The translations under genes and the position numbers were made by a program. A stretch of 64,000 bases of DNA. It comes from Candidatus Dormiibacterota bacterium (GTDB lineage Bacteria > Chloroflexota > Dormibacteria > Aeolococcales > Aeolococcaceae). Location of the stretch: NCBI GenBank assembly GCA_963754015.1, contig CAVWEG010000008.1, positions 90,473-154,472 of the forward strand. The letters run 5' to 3'. Numbering within the stretch: position 1 is the first letter of the stretch; each line of letters starts with the position of its first letter. The notes beneath the pieces are model-generated. The model was not told the origin of the DNA, did not search any database, and saw only the letters and a program-made list of their open reading frames with translations. This document shows positions 7,567-15,785 of the stretch, in pieces.

Positions 7567-9046
7567 GGGTCAGGCCCATCCGGGTGCGGAATCGCCTGAC
7601 GAGGTCGGGCGGCTCCCAGGCGTAGGGGAGGCCGGTGGTGATCACCACCCGGTTGCGTTGCTTGTCGAGACGGGCTGTGGGTGGTCCGCCCCCGTTGCGG
7701 CGTCGATCGAGCTCGTCGGCGAGCTCCAGGACGACCGCCAGCCGGTCGATGCGCTTGATGTCGTCACGCGTGCAGAGGCGCGCGTAGCGAGGCAGGTTGC
7801 TCCGGCCCTTGCCGAGCCGGGCGAGCGTCGTGGCCATGAGGGCGACCTCACGGTGCGTGAAGCCCTGCAGGTCGGCCGAGGCGACGACGCCGGCAGCGTG
7901 GCTCCACCGATCGTAGTAGTTGATGCTCTGTCCGACGTCGAGCAGCGTCGTCGCGTGGTCGAGCATCTCGCGCATCTCCGCGGGCATCGTCGGGTCGGCG
8001 ACGCCCATGATCGTGCGCACGAGGTCCTGACGCCGCCGGGACCGATGCGCGTCCCACGTCGCGAAGCGCGAGGCCAGCGCCGCTACCGAGCCCCGTCGCA
8101 CCTCGTAGACCTCGGGGAGCTCGAGGCCGAGCTCCGCCAGGGCGATCCCCTCGCGAAGGCCGTGACCCGAGACCATCAGAGTCCGCGCGCCGAGCACGTC
8201 CATCGCCGCGGCGACCACGAGCGCACCACCGGTGATCGAGTCCGCACGGTCGGTGGAGAGCCCCGGGACCGTGCGCAGCGAGGACAGATTGCGGTTCACC
8301 AATCGCGACGTGAGGTCGCGCACCTCGCGGCGCTGCAGGACATAGCCGTCCACACGGGCGATCGGATGTCCGACCGAGCGCATGTGGATCTTGGCGAGGT
8401 TCCGGACCGTGCCCCCGGTACCGACCATTCCCCCATCCTCGGGAAGCACCGGCACGCCCGCGTCTCGGAGGGTGCGTGCGACGTGGTCGCGGAGATCGGC
8501 AACCTCGGATGCCCGCGGTGGATCGCTGAGCAGGAACTGATCGGTGGCGACGAGCGCGCCGAGCTCGAACGTCCACCAGCGCAGCGCTCTGCGGCGTTCG
8601 AAGTACGCGAGCTCGAAGCTCCCACCGCCGACGTCGATGAGGTAACCGGTGTCGATGGGCAGCCCGTGCACGGCACCGAGAAACGCGTAGCGCGCCTCCT
8701 CGTCGCCGTCGATCACCTTGATCGCGAGCCCCGTGTCCGCCTCGAGCCGTGCGAGGACGCTGTCGCGATTGGTCGCCGTCCGGATCGCGGCGGTGGCCAC
8801 GGCGACGGTCCGCTCCGCACCCGCGGCTGACGCCACCGCTCGGAAGTCGCGCACGGCTGCCGTCGCAGCAGTGATTGCGCTCGCTTCGAGGCGACCTCTG
8901 GCGTCGATGTGACGCGCAAGTTGGAGCGACGTGCGAGCGTCCGCGATGATGTCCAGCTGGCCGGCGCTGTCGAGTTGCAGGACAGCGATTCGGGCGGAGT
9001 TCGATCCGATGTCGATGACGGCGATCGTGGATTCTACGGCGGCCAT
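7472..9046 (-). CDS. ppx: exopolyphosphatase / guanosine pentaphosphate phosphohydrolase (Ppx/GppA family)
   Basis: The N-terminus IAVIDIGSNSARIAVLQ is the actin-like ATPase fold motif of Ppx/GppA. This is followed by DVGGGSFEL and GTGGTVRNLAKI, then an HD-like C-terminal domain. The ATG at 9046 is preceded by GGGAG. Confidence 0.9.
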   Translation of the reverse strand: MAAVESTIAVIDIGSNSARIAVLQLDSAGQLDIIADARTSLQLARHIDARGRLEASAITAATAAVRDFRAVASAAGAERTVAVATAAIRTATNRDSVLARLEADTGLAIKVIDGDEEARYAFLGAVHGLPIDTGYLIDVGGGSFELAYFERRRALRWWTFELGALVATDQFLLSDPPRASEVADLRDHVARTLRDAGVPVLPEDGGMVGTGGTVRNLAKIHMRSVGHPIARVDGYVLQRREVRDLTSRLVNRNLSSLRTVPGLSTDRADSITGGALVVAAAMDVLGARTLMVSGHGLREGIALAELGLELPEVYEVRRGSVAALASRFATWDAHRSRRRQDLVRTIMGVADPTMPAEMREMLDHATTLLDVGQSINYYDRWSHAAGVVASADLQGFTHREVALMATTLARLGKGRSNLPRYARLCTRDDIKRIDRLAVVLELADELDRRRNGGGPPTARLDKQRNRVVITTGLPYAWEPPDLVRRFRTRMGLTLSLRPAETAGDRTRGGDAPGARLTGRGPRRG

Positions 9047-9077
9047 CTCCCTGGAACGACCCCGGGCGGGAGCGGCA

Positions 9078-9083
9078 AGTATA
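9078..9083 (-). promoter_or_regulatory. putative -10 hexamer TATACT for ppx
   Basis: The minus strand reads CCTATACTTGCC in the 59-nt gap after the response regulator stop. It lies 31 nt upstream of the ppx ATG, and the leader contains GGGAG. Confidence 0.35.
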
Positions 9084-9105
9084 GGCAGCACGGACTCTTT
9101 GGAGT

Positions 9106-9852
9106 TCAGAGCCTTCCGATCAACGCCACGTCGGTCGGGGCGACGTCGGCCTCCGAGACGATCCGATCCAACCGATAGCCGACGCCGTAGACCGTCGTGA
9201 TGCGGAAGGGCAGCGCCTCGAAGCGCTCGAACTTCTCACGCAGCCACCGCACGTGCACATCGACTGTCTTCCGCTCACCGAAGAACTTCGGCCCCCACAC
9301 GCGGCGGATCAACTGCTCGCGCGAATGGACTCTCCCCGGATGGGCGAGCAGGAAGGAGAGCAGATCGAACTCTTTCGGGGAGAGACGCAACTCCTCATGG
9401 CCGACACGTACCGAGCGCGCGCCTCTGTCGAAGCGGAGCTCGCCGATCTCTTCGACCTCGACCACGCCGCGCTCCTCCGCAGATGGCTGCGCTCGACGGA
9501 GCAGTGCCATCACGCGCGCAGTGAGCTCGGCGAGCGAGAACGGCTTCGTCATGTAGTCGTCTGCGCCGACGCGCAGACCCACGATCTTGTCGAGCTCGCT
9601 GTCGCGGGCGCTCAGCACGAGCACGGGCGTCGTGGTCTCCTGGCGCAGGATGCGGCACACCTCGAGACCGCCGAGCTCGGGCAGCATGAGGTCGAGGACG
9701 ATGAGGTCCGGGCGCAACTCTCGAGCCTTCTCGAGCGCCTCGATCCCATTGCTCGCCTGACTCACCTGGTAGCCCTCGCGCACCAGATTGAAGCGAAGGG
9801 TTTCCCGAATCGCCTCCTCGTCTTCGACCACCAGGATGTGCTTGGCTCCCAC
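9106..9852 (-). CDS. OmpR/PhoB-family response regulator (receiver plus winged-helix), no cognate kinase in window
   Basis: Receiver motifs ILVVEDEE, DLIVLDLMLP and DDYMTKPF. C-terminal trans_reg_C domain (LSPKEFDLLSFLLAHPGRVHSREQL, TVDVHVRWLREK, YGVGYRL). The GTG start at 9852 has TAGGCT 12 nt upstream. Confidence 0.9.
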   Translation of the reverse strand: MGAKHILVVEDEEAIRETLRFNLVREGYQVSQASNGIEALEKARELRPDLIVLDLMLPELGGLEVCRILRQETTTPVLVLSARDSELDKIVGLRVGADDYMTKPFSLAELTARVMALLRRAQPSAEERGVVEVEEIGELRFDRGARSVRVGHEELRLSPKEFDLLSFLLAHPGRVHSREQLIRRVWGPKFFGERKTVDVHVRWLREKFERFEALPFRITTVYGVGYRLDRIVSEADVAPTDVALIGRL

Positions 9853-9906
9853 GATGTGGGACTGAGCCTACGCGGGGCCTTCTTATGGAGGGGTTAAGGA
9901 CTCGCG

Positions 9907-11550
9907 TCAGAAGACGGGCGTCTCGCGATGCGTTCCGAACACCACGCGCAGGGCTTCGATGATCTCGCCTTCGGTCGCGCGAGCACGGACGCAGTCGATG
10001 ATCGCGGGCATCATGTTGTCGCTGCCTTTCGCGACTTCCTGCAGCGCGTCGAGACGCGTGGTGACGCTCGTGTTGTCACGGGTCTCGCGCAGCACCTTGA
10101 GGCGAGCTGCCTGCGCGGTCTCCACTTCGGGGTCGATGACGAGCGTCTGGGGCTGCACGGTATCGACGCTCTGGTCGAACACGTTGACGCCAACAATGAC
10201 CCTTTCTCCGGTCTCGAGCTGGCTCTGATACCGGAACGCGGCGTCGGCGATCTCGCGCTGCGGGAAACCCTCGTCGACCGCTGCGATCATCCCGCCGCGC
10301 TCGTCGATCGCAGCGAAGTAATCCTCGGCAGCCTGCTCCATGCGATTCGTGAGGTCCTCGACAAACCATGACCCGGCAAGGGGATCCACGACGGACGGCA
10401 CGCCCGTCTCGTACGCGAGGATCTGCTGCGTGCGGAGCGCGATCTGCGCGGCCTTCTCGGTGGGCAGCGCGAGCACCTCGTCCATCGAGTTCGTGTGCAG
10501 CGAGTTGGTGCCACCGAGCACCGCGGCAAGCGCCTCGAACGCGGTGCGCGCAACGTTGTTCTCAATCTGCTGCGCCGTGAGCGAGCATCCCGCGGTCTGC
10601 GTATGGAAACGCAACTTCAGCGACCGCTCATCTTTGGCGCCGTATCGATCACGCAAATGACGCGCCCAGATGCGCCGGGCGGCGCGGTATTTCGCGATCT
10701 CCTCGAAGAAGTCGATGTGTGCGTTGAAGAAGAATGACAGCCGCGGCGCGAACTCATCGACGTCAAGGCCGCGCGCGATCCCGGCTTCAACGTACGCGAA
10801 CCCGTCGGCGAGCGTGAACGCAAGCTCCTGCGCGGCGGTGCTGCCCGCTTCGCGGATGTGATACCCGCTGATCGACACCGGATTCCAGCTGGGCACATTG
10901 CGCGTGCAGAACTCGACGACGTCGGTGACGAGGCGCATCGACGGCCGGATCGGAAAGATGAACTCCTTCTGAGCGATGTACTCCTTGAGGATGTCGTTCT
11001 GCAGTGTCCCGCCGAGCTTCCGGTACGGGATGCCGCGCTCGTCCGCGGCAGCGAGGTACATCGCGAAGAGGATCGGCGCCGGGGAGTTGATCGTCATCGA
11101 CGTGGTCACCGCGCCGACGTCGATGCCGTTGAAGAGGGTGAGCATGTCCTCGACCGAATCGACGGCGACGCCGCAGCGTCCGACCTCACCCTGCGCATGC
11201 GGCGAGTCCGAGTCGATGCCCATGAGCGTGGGCATGTCGAATGCGACCGACAGACCCGTCTGGCCCTGTGCGAGCAGGAAGCGATAGCGCTCGTTCGTGT
11301 CCTCGGCGCTGCCGAAACCGGCGAACTGGCGCATTGTCCACACCTTGTCGCGATACATCGTCCGGTGCACACCGCGGGTGAACGGGAATGAGCCCGGCTC
11401 CCCCAGATCGTGCTCGATGTCCAGCGGCGGCGTCGGCGGCCCGTACCAGGGCTCGAGCGGCAGCCCGCCGAGGGTGTCGGGCGGGATCGGCGGAGTGTCC
11501 CGCTCGGCGGGGGTGGCGCCGGCGTCGGCGCGGTTGATCGTCTGGGTCAT
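9907..11550 (-). CDS. acyl-CoA mutase large (substrate-binding) subunit, isobutyryl-CoA-mutase-like; no B12-binding domain
   Basis: 547 aa covering the TIM-barrel domain only. It reads [10 protein letters not shown] and [16 protein letters not shown], that is Phe and Gln at the positions that are Tyr89/Arg207 in methylmalonyl-CoA mutase. The ATG shares 1 nt with the meaB stop (TGATG). Confidence 0.85.
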   Translation of the reverse strand: MTQTINRADAGATPAERDTPPIPPDTLGGLPLEPWYGPPTPPLDIEHDLGEPGSFPFTRGVHRTMYRDKVWTMRQFAGFGSAEDTNERYRFLLAQGQTGLSVAFDMPTLMGIDSDSPHAQGEVGRCGVAVDSVEDMLTLFNGIDVGAVTTSMTINSPAPILFAMYLAAADERGIPYRKLGGTLQNDILKEYIAQKEFIFPIRPSMRLVTDVVEFCTRNVPSWNPVSISGYHIREAGSTAAQELAFTLADGFAYVEAGIARGLDVDEFAPRLSFFFNAHIDFFEEIAKYRAARRIWARHLRDRYGAKDERSLKLRFHTQTAGCSLTAQQIENNVARTAFEALAAVLGGTNSLHTNSMDEVLALPTEKAAQIALRTQQILAYETGVPSVVDPLAGSWFVEDLTNRMEQAAEDYFAAIDERGGMIAAVDEGFPQREIADAAFRYQSQLETGERVIVGVNVFDQSVDTVQPQTLVIDPEVETAQAARLKVLRETRDNTSVTTRLDALQEVAKGSDNMMPAIIDCVRARATEGEIIEALRVVFGTHRETPVF

Positions 11551-12503
11551 CAGTGCGTCGCTTCCTTGGTGTATCCGTTGAGGATTCGCTCGGCCAGGGC
11601 GTATGGGTCCACCTGACTCAGGTCGCCCGCGAGCTCCTGACTCATTGTCCCCTCATGCAGCGCGCTTCGCGCGCGCTCGGCCGCTCGCTCGACGACGATC
11701 GCCTCGACCTCGGCTCGCAGCCGGGCGATGCGGCGGCGCTCGAGCTCTCCGGAGGCAGCGATCGAGGCTGCGTGGACGTCGATGGCGGCGACGAGCTCAT
11801 CGACCCCTTCACCGGTCGCGGCAGTGGTGGTGATCACGGGTGGCGACCAGTCACCCCGAACCTTGCCGTGGCGGACCAGCTCGCGGAGATCACGAACCAC
11901 CTTGGTTGCTCCGGGTAGATCGGCCTTGTTCACCACGAAGATGTCCGCGATCTCGAGGATCCCGGCCTTGATGATCTGGACCGCGTCGCCGCTGGACGGC
12001 GTCGTCACCACGATGGTCGTGTCCGCGGTCTCCATGACCTCGAGCTCGGACTGCCCCACCCCGACCGTCTCGAGGAGGCAACGATCGCGCCCGGAGGCTT
12101 CGACGAGCCGGATCGCCTCCCGGGCCGCTGCGGCGAGCCCACCGAGGTGGCCGCGGGCGGCCATGCTCCGGATGAAGACGCCGGGGTCGAGCGTGTGGCG
12201 CACCATCCGTACCCGGTCGCCGAGGATCGCGCCCCCAGTGAACGGGCTCGAGGGGTCGACGGCGATGACGCCGACGAGGTGTCCCGCGGCTCGCCAGCGC
12301 TCGATGATCTGGTCGCAGAGCGTGCTCTTGCCGCTTCCGGGCGGGCCCGTCACCCCGATCACCTGGGCCGCGCCGGTCTGACCTCGGACCTCCCGAAGCA
12401 GGCTCGCGATGCCCGGATCGCGATCCTCGACCATGCGGATGGCGCGTGCCAGTGCGCGGGTCTCGCCGGCGACCAGACGTTCGGCGAGCGGGGCCTCTGG
12501 CAT
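11550..12503 (-). CDS. meaB: MeaB/ArgK G3E-family GTPase (mutase chaperone)
   Basis: P-loop [16 protein letters not shown], and the NKxD box VVNKADL. Sits directly upstream of the mutase. Confidence 0.9.
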   Translation of the reverse strand: MPEAPLAERLVAGETRALARAIRMVEDRDPGIASLLREVRGQTGAAQVIGVTGPPGSGKSTLCDQIIERWRAAGHLVGVIAVDPSSPFTGGAILGDRVRMVRHTLDPGVFIRSMAARGHLGGLAAAAREAIRLVEASGRDRCLLETVGVGQSELEVMETADTTIVVTTPSSGDAVQIIKAGILEIADIFVVNKADLPGATKVVRDLRELVRHGKVRGDWSPPVITTTAATGEGVDELVAAIDVHAASIAASGELERRRIARLRAEVEAIVVERAAERARSALHEGTMSQELAGDLSQVDPYALAERILNGYTKEATH

Positions 12504-12571
12504 CGACTCGAGTCTACCGGCGGGTCACGTCCGCACCGTTCCAGCGTAACCCGGTCGTCAGCCGCATTCGT

Positions 12572-12577
12572 TATAAA
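12572..12577 (+). promoter_or_regulatory. putative -10 hexamer TATAAA, leaderless-type promoter for the LCP gene
   Basis: TATAAA is followed by 7 nt and then the GTG at 12585. Confidence 0.35.
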
Positions 12578-12584
12578 GCCTCAG

Positions 12585-13631
12585 GTGAGACGACAACGCG
12601 CATCCGTGCGCCGCCATCACGTTCGGCGCAACCGGGTGCTCCTCGGGTTCTTGATTGCGTTCGGTTTCGTGCTGTCTGGCGCTGTTGGCGCGGTCGCCTA
12701 TTTCATGCCGGCGATCGTGACCGCGCTTCAGGACACGGGGCACTCCATCCTCCGCATCACGCCTTCCGCGACGGCTGCGGCCAGTGCGTCCGCCGGACCG
12801 TCGGCATCCGCAGCCACCACTCAGCCTCCTGGGGTGGCCGCCGCGCCGGGCGCGCCCTTCACCGTGCTCCTCCTCGGTTCGGACAACGACGCGAAATTCG
12901 GCGGGACCATCCTGACGCAGTCGATGATCCTCGCCCGCGTCAACCCGACCACCCGCCAGGTGGTCATGGAGTCGATCCCGCGCGACCTCTGGGTGCCGCT
13001 CGCCACCGGCGGGAGCGCAAAGATCGATGCCGCCTACTTGCACGGTGGCGCAAGCGCTGCGGTGGCGACGGTCGAGGAGGACTTCGGCATCCACATCGAC
13101 CACTACGCCTGGATCGGGCTGCTCGGGCTCGTCAATCTCATCAACCAGGTGGGCGGCATCGACGTGGTGGCGACCAATCCGGTGATGGACGACTATTACC
13201 CGGCCGACCTTTCCGGCAAGGACCCGTACGCCTACGAGCGCGTCGCGGTCCTCCCCGGACCGCAGCAGATGAATGGCATCCAGGCGCTCCAGTACGTCCG
13301 CTCGCGTCACGGCGATCTGCGCAGCGACTTCGGGCGCTCGCAGCGCCAGCAGCAGGTGCTCCTCGCGTTGCGTGCCAAGGCGAAGTTGCTCGGCATCGCC
13401 GACCTGCCCGATATCGCAACGGCAATGGCCAATGACTTCTCGACCGACATGACCATCAGCCAGATTGCCGCGCTGCTGCCGATTGCAAGCAGCGTGCAAC
13501 TGCAGAACGTGCAGCAGGTCATCCTCGCCTCTCCGTACACGTCGAACCTCCAGATCGACAATCAGGACGCATTGGCACCGGACTGGAATCTCATCCTGCC
13601 CGAGACGCACAGGTTCTTCCCCGCGGTATGA
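12585..13631 (+). CDS. LytR-CpsA-Psr (LCP) family cell-wall polymer ligase
   Basis: N-terminal basic stretch plus a TM helix (VLLGFLIAFGFVLSGAVGAVAYF). LCP core FTVLLLGSDN...QSMILARVNP...SIPRDLWV...RSRHGDLRSDFGRSQRQQQV. The start is set at GTG 12585; the longer ORF from 12147 overlaps meaB. GTG 12606 is an alternative start. Confidence 0.8.
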   Translation: MRRQRASVRRHHVRRNRVLLGFLIAFGFVLSGAVGAVAYFMPAIVTALQDTGHSILRITPSATAAASASAGPSASAATTQPPGVAAAPGAPFTVLLLGSDNDAKFGGTILTQSMILARVNPTTRQVVMESIPRDLWVPLATGGSAKIDAAYLHGGASAAVATVEEDFGIHIDHYAWIGLLGLVNLINQVGGIDVVATNPVMDDYYPADLSGKDPYAYERVAVLPGPQQMNGIQALQYVRSRHGDLRSDFGRSQRQQQVLLALRAKAKLLGIADLPDIATAMANDFSTDMTISQIAALLPIASSVQLQNVQQVILASPYTSNLQIDNQDALAPDWNLILPETHRFFPAV

Positions 13632-14713
13632 GGTCGCACCGGGTGAGACGGGCGATCACCGTCGTCACGCTGCTCGCGCTGATGGCCGGGTTCGGCTTCG
13701 GCGTCAACCGGCTCATCGCGTCGCGGAAGACGAAGATCCCCTCCCAGACGAGCTCGTACGTGCCGACGTCCACGCGACCGGCCATCGTCCTCCCCGGCAC
13801 GCTCTACCTCGCGCAGGGTGGGCAGCTCTACAGCCTGAGCGACGGTTACTTCACCAGCCTGCATTCATCGACGAGCGCCGGGACCTGGATGCAGCCCGCA
13901 TATGTTCCCGGCACGCAGAACATCGTGGCGGTGCTGCGGTCAGCGGAGTATTCGAACCTGTACCTGCTCAACAGTCAGGGGACGGTGATTCGCCGGCTCA
14001 GCAACAACGCGGTGGTGCCATCCAAGGTGACTCAGGTGTGGCTCAACCACTGGATGTTCTGGCCGCGCTTCGGCCCCACCGGCACGCTCTACTTCGCGTA
14101 CGACCAGCCGAAGAACTCCACCACGTACGCCGTCGATTTCTCGATATGGTCGGGTTCGCTCTCGGGAACGCTCGCGCAGCAGCGGCTGACCACGTCCAAT
14201 CCATTCACCGGCGGCGACGTTGATCCAACACCGATGGCAAATGGAGACGTGATCTTCTCGAGATACGCGATCTCCAACGGAAGTGCGTTCTCATTCATCG
14301 CTATCGAGATGAAAGCGCTGGTGCAGCCTGTGATCCTCACCACCGCCACCCAGGACTGCGGACAACCTGCACCGTCACCCGACGGCACGATGGTAGCGAT
14401 GGTCTGCATCGGCGGCACGGGGTTTCAGAGCACGCGACTCGAGGTGGCGTCGCTCGTCGGTACGAAGCTGGGGACGCCGCGAATACTCATCAACAACTGC
14501 CTGTGCTCGGCCCCAACATGGGCCCCGGACGGCAGCGGCCTCGTCTATTACAACGCCACAGACGCGGCGGGACACTTCGAGTTGTGGTGGATCAAAGGCG
14601 CGCTCACAGCAACACCGGCCGCGCCGTTGGAGGTGACGACCAGCCTCGACTTCGACGCCACGTCCCCACCGTCGTGGTCGCCGCTGACGAGTATCCCGGT
14701 GATGACCCGCTAG
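13628..14713 (+). CDS. membrane-anchored TolB-like beta-propeller (PD40/WD40-like repeat) protein
   Basis: Signal-anchor helix AITVVTLLALMAGFGFGV. PD40-like repeats (PAPSPDGTMVAMV, PTWAPDGSGLVYY). The ATG overlaps the LCP stop (ATGA). Confidence 0.55.
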   Translation: MRSHRVRRAITVVTLLALMAGFGFGVNRLIASRKTKIPSQTSSYVPTSTRPAIVLPGTLYLAQGGQLYSLSDGYFTSLHSSTSAGTWMQPAYVPGTQNIVAVLRSAEYSNLYLLNSQGTVIRRLSNNAVVPSKVTQVWLNHWMFWPRFGPTGTLYFAYDQPKNSTTYAVDFSIWSGSLSGTLAQQRLTTSNPFTGGDVDPTPMANGDVIFSRYAISNGSAFSFIAIEMKALVQPVILTTATQDCGQPAPSPDGTMVAMVCIGGTGFQSTRLEVASLVGTKLGTPRILINNCLCSAPTWAPDGSGLVYYNATDAAGHFELWWIKGALTATPAAPLEVTTSLDFDATSPPSWSPLTSIPVMTR

Positions 14714-15750
14714 TAGAAGATCTGCGCGAGCTCGTACAACTCGCGCGGCACGCGGCGTTGTTCAGCGACGACATCGGCGATGCGCGCCACATCGACGCTG
14801 CCGCCGCACACGACCGGCATCTCACCGAACCTGCCTTCGACGACAAGGTCATACGCCTTCGCGCCGACGCGCGTGGCCCAGATGCGGTCGTAGGCCGTGG
14901 GCGATCCACCGCGCTGGACATGACCGAGCACCGTCGCGCGCGTCTCGTGTCCGGTGCGCTCCTCGATGATGCGCGCCAGCGTTTCACCGACGCTCCGCCG
15001 GCTGAGCTGCACATGACCGAACGCATCGCGAGCACCCTCGGCCTCGTCCTTGGTCTGCAGTCCAGCCATCTCAACGCCTTCGGCGATGACGATGATGCTG
15101 AAGTCGCTGCCCGCCTGCTTGCGCACCTCGAGGTGCCCGACCACCTCGTCGACGGTCACCTCGAACTCCGGGATGATGATCATGTCGGCGCCGCCGGCAA
15201 GGCCGCCCATCACCGCGACCCATCCGGTGTCGCGGCCCATGACCTCGCAGACCATGACGCGGTGGTGCGACGTCGCGGTGGTATGCAATCGATCGAGCGC
15301 CTCGGTGACGACGCTCACCGCGCTGTCGAAGCCGATGCAGTAATCGGTGATGCTCAGGTCGTTGTCCATCGTCTTGGGGACACCGACGACGCGGGCCTGT
15401 TCGTCGGCGAGACGCGCGGCGACACTCAGCGTGTCATCACCGCCGATGGCGACGAGTGCGTCGAGTCGCAGGCGCTCCATGTTGCGCATCACGTCCGCGA
15501 TGCCACCGTCGACCTTCATCGGGTTGACGCGTGAGCTGCCGAGCATCGTGCCACCGAGCTGCAGGATGCCGGAGAGTCTCGGACGCTCCAGTGCGAACAC
15601 ATCACCCTCGCCGAGCAGGCCCGCCCACCCGTTGCGAATCCCAAAGAGCGTGTCGCCTGCTGTCAGCGCACGCCGGCCGATTGCGCGAATCGCCGCGTTG
15701 AGGCCTGGTGCGTCACCGCCGCCCGTCAGCACGGCAATTCTCATTCCCAC
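14710..15750 (-). CDS. pfkA: 6-phosphofructokinase, with the residue signature of PPi-dependent enzymes
   Basis: PFK-A family motifs: LTGGGDAPGLNA, IGGDDT, PKTMDND, MGRDTGW, LGHVQRGG. The positions equivalent to E. coli Gly104 and Gly124 are Asp and Lys. GTG at 15750 or ATG at 15744. The stop codon overlaps that of the convergent TolB-like gene. Confidence 0.9.
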   Translation of the reverse strand: MGMRIAVLTGGGDAPGLNAAIRAIGRRALTAGDTLFGIRNGWAGLLGEGDVFALERPRLSGILQLGGTMLGSSRVNPMKVDGGIADVMRNMERLRLDALVAIGGDDTLSVAARLADEQARVVGVPKTMDNDLSITDYCIGFDSAVSVVTEALDRLHTTATSHHRVMVCEVMGRDTGWVAVMGGLAGGADMIIIPEFEVTVDEVVGHLEVRKQAGSDFSIIVIAEGVEMAGLQTKDEAEGARDAFGHVQLSRRSVGETLARIIEERTGHETRATVLGHVQRGGSPTAYDRIWATRVGAKAYDLVVEGRFGEMPVVCGGSVDVARIADVVAEQRRVPRELYELAQIFY

Positions 15751-15785
15751 GTTCTCATCCCCACTGCAGACGTCTGCGTCGAACG

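Noticed and set aside
12504-12584. Cobalamin riboswitch upstream of meaB or the mutase genes, and likewise 32836..32911 upstream of the epimerase operon
   Set aside because: These intergenic regions are only 81 and 76 nt long and are shared with divergent promoters. That is too short for a B12 riboswitch, and no B12-box-like sequence was seen.
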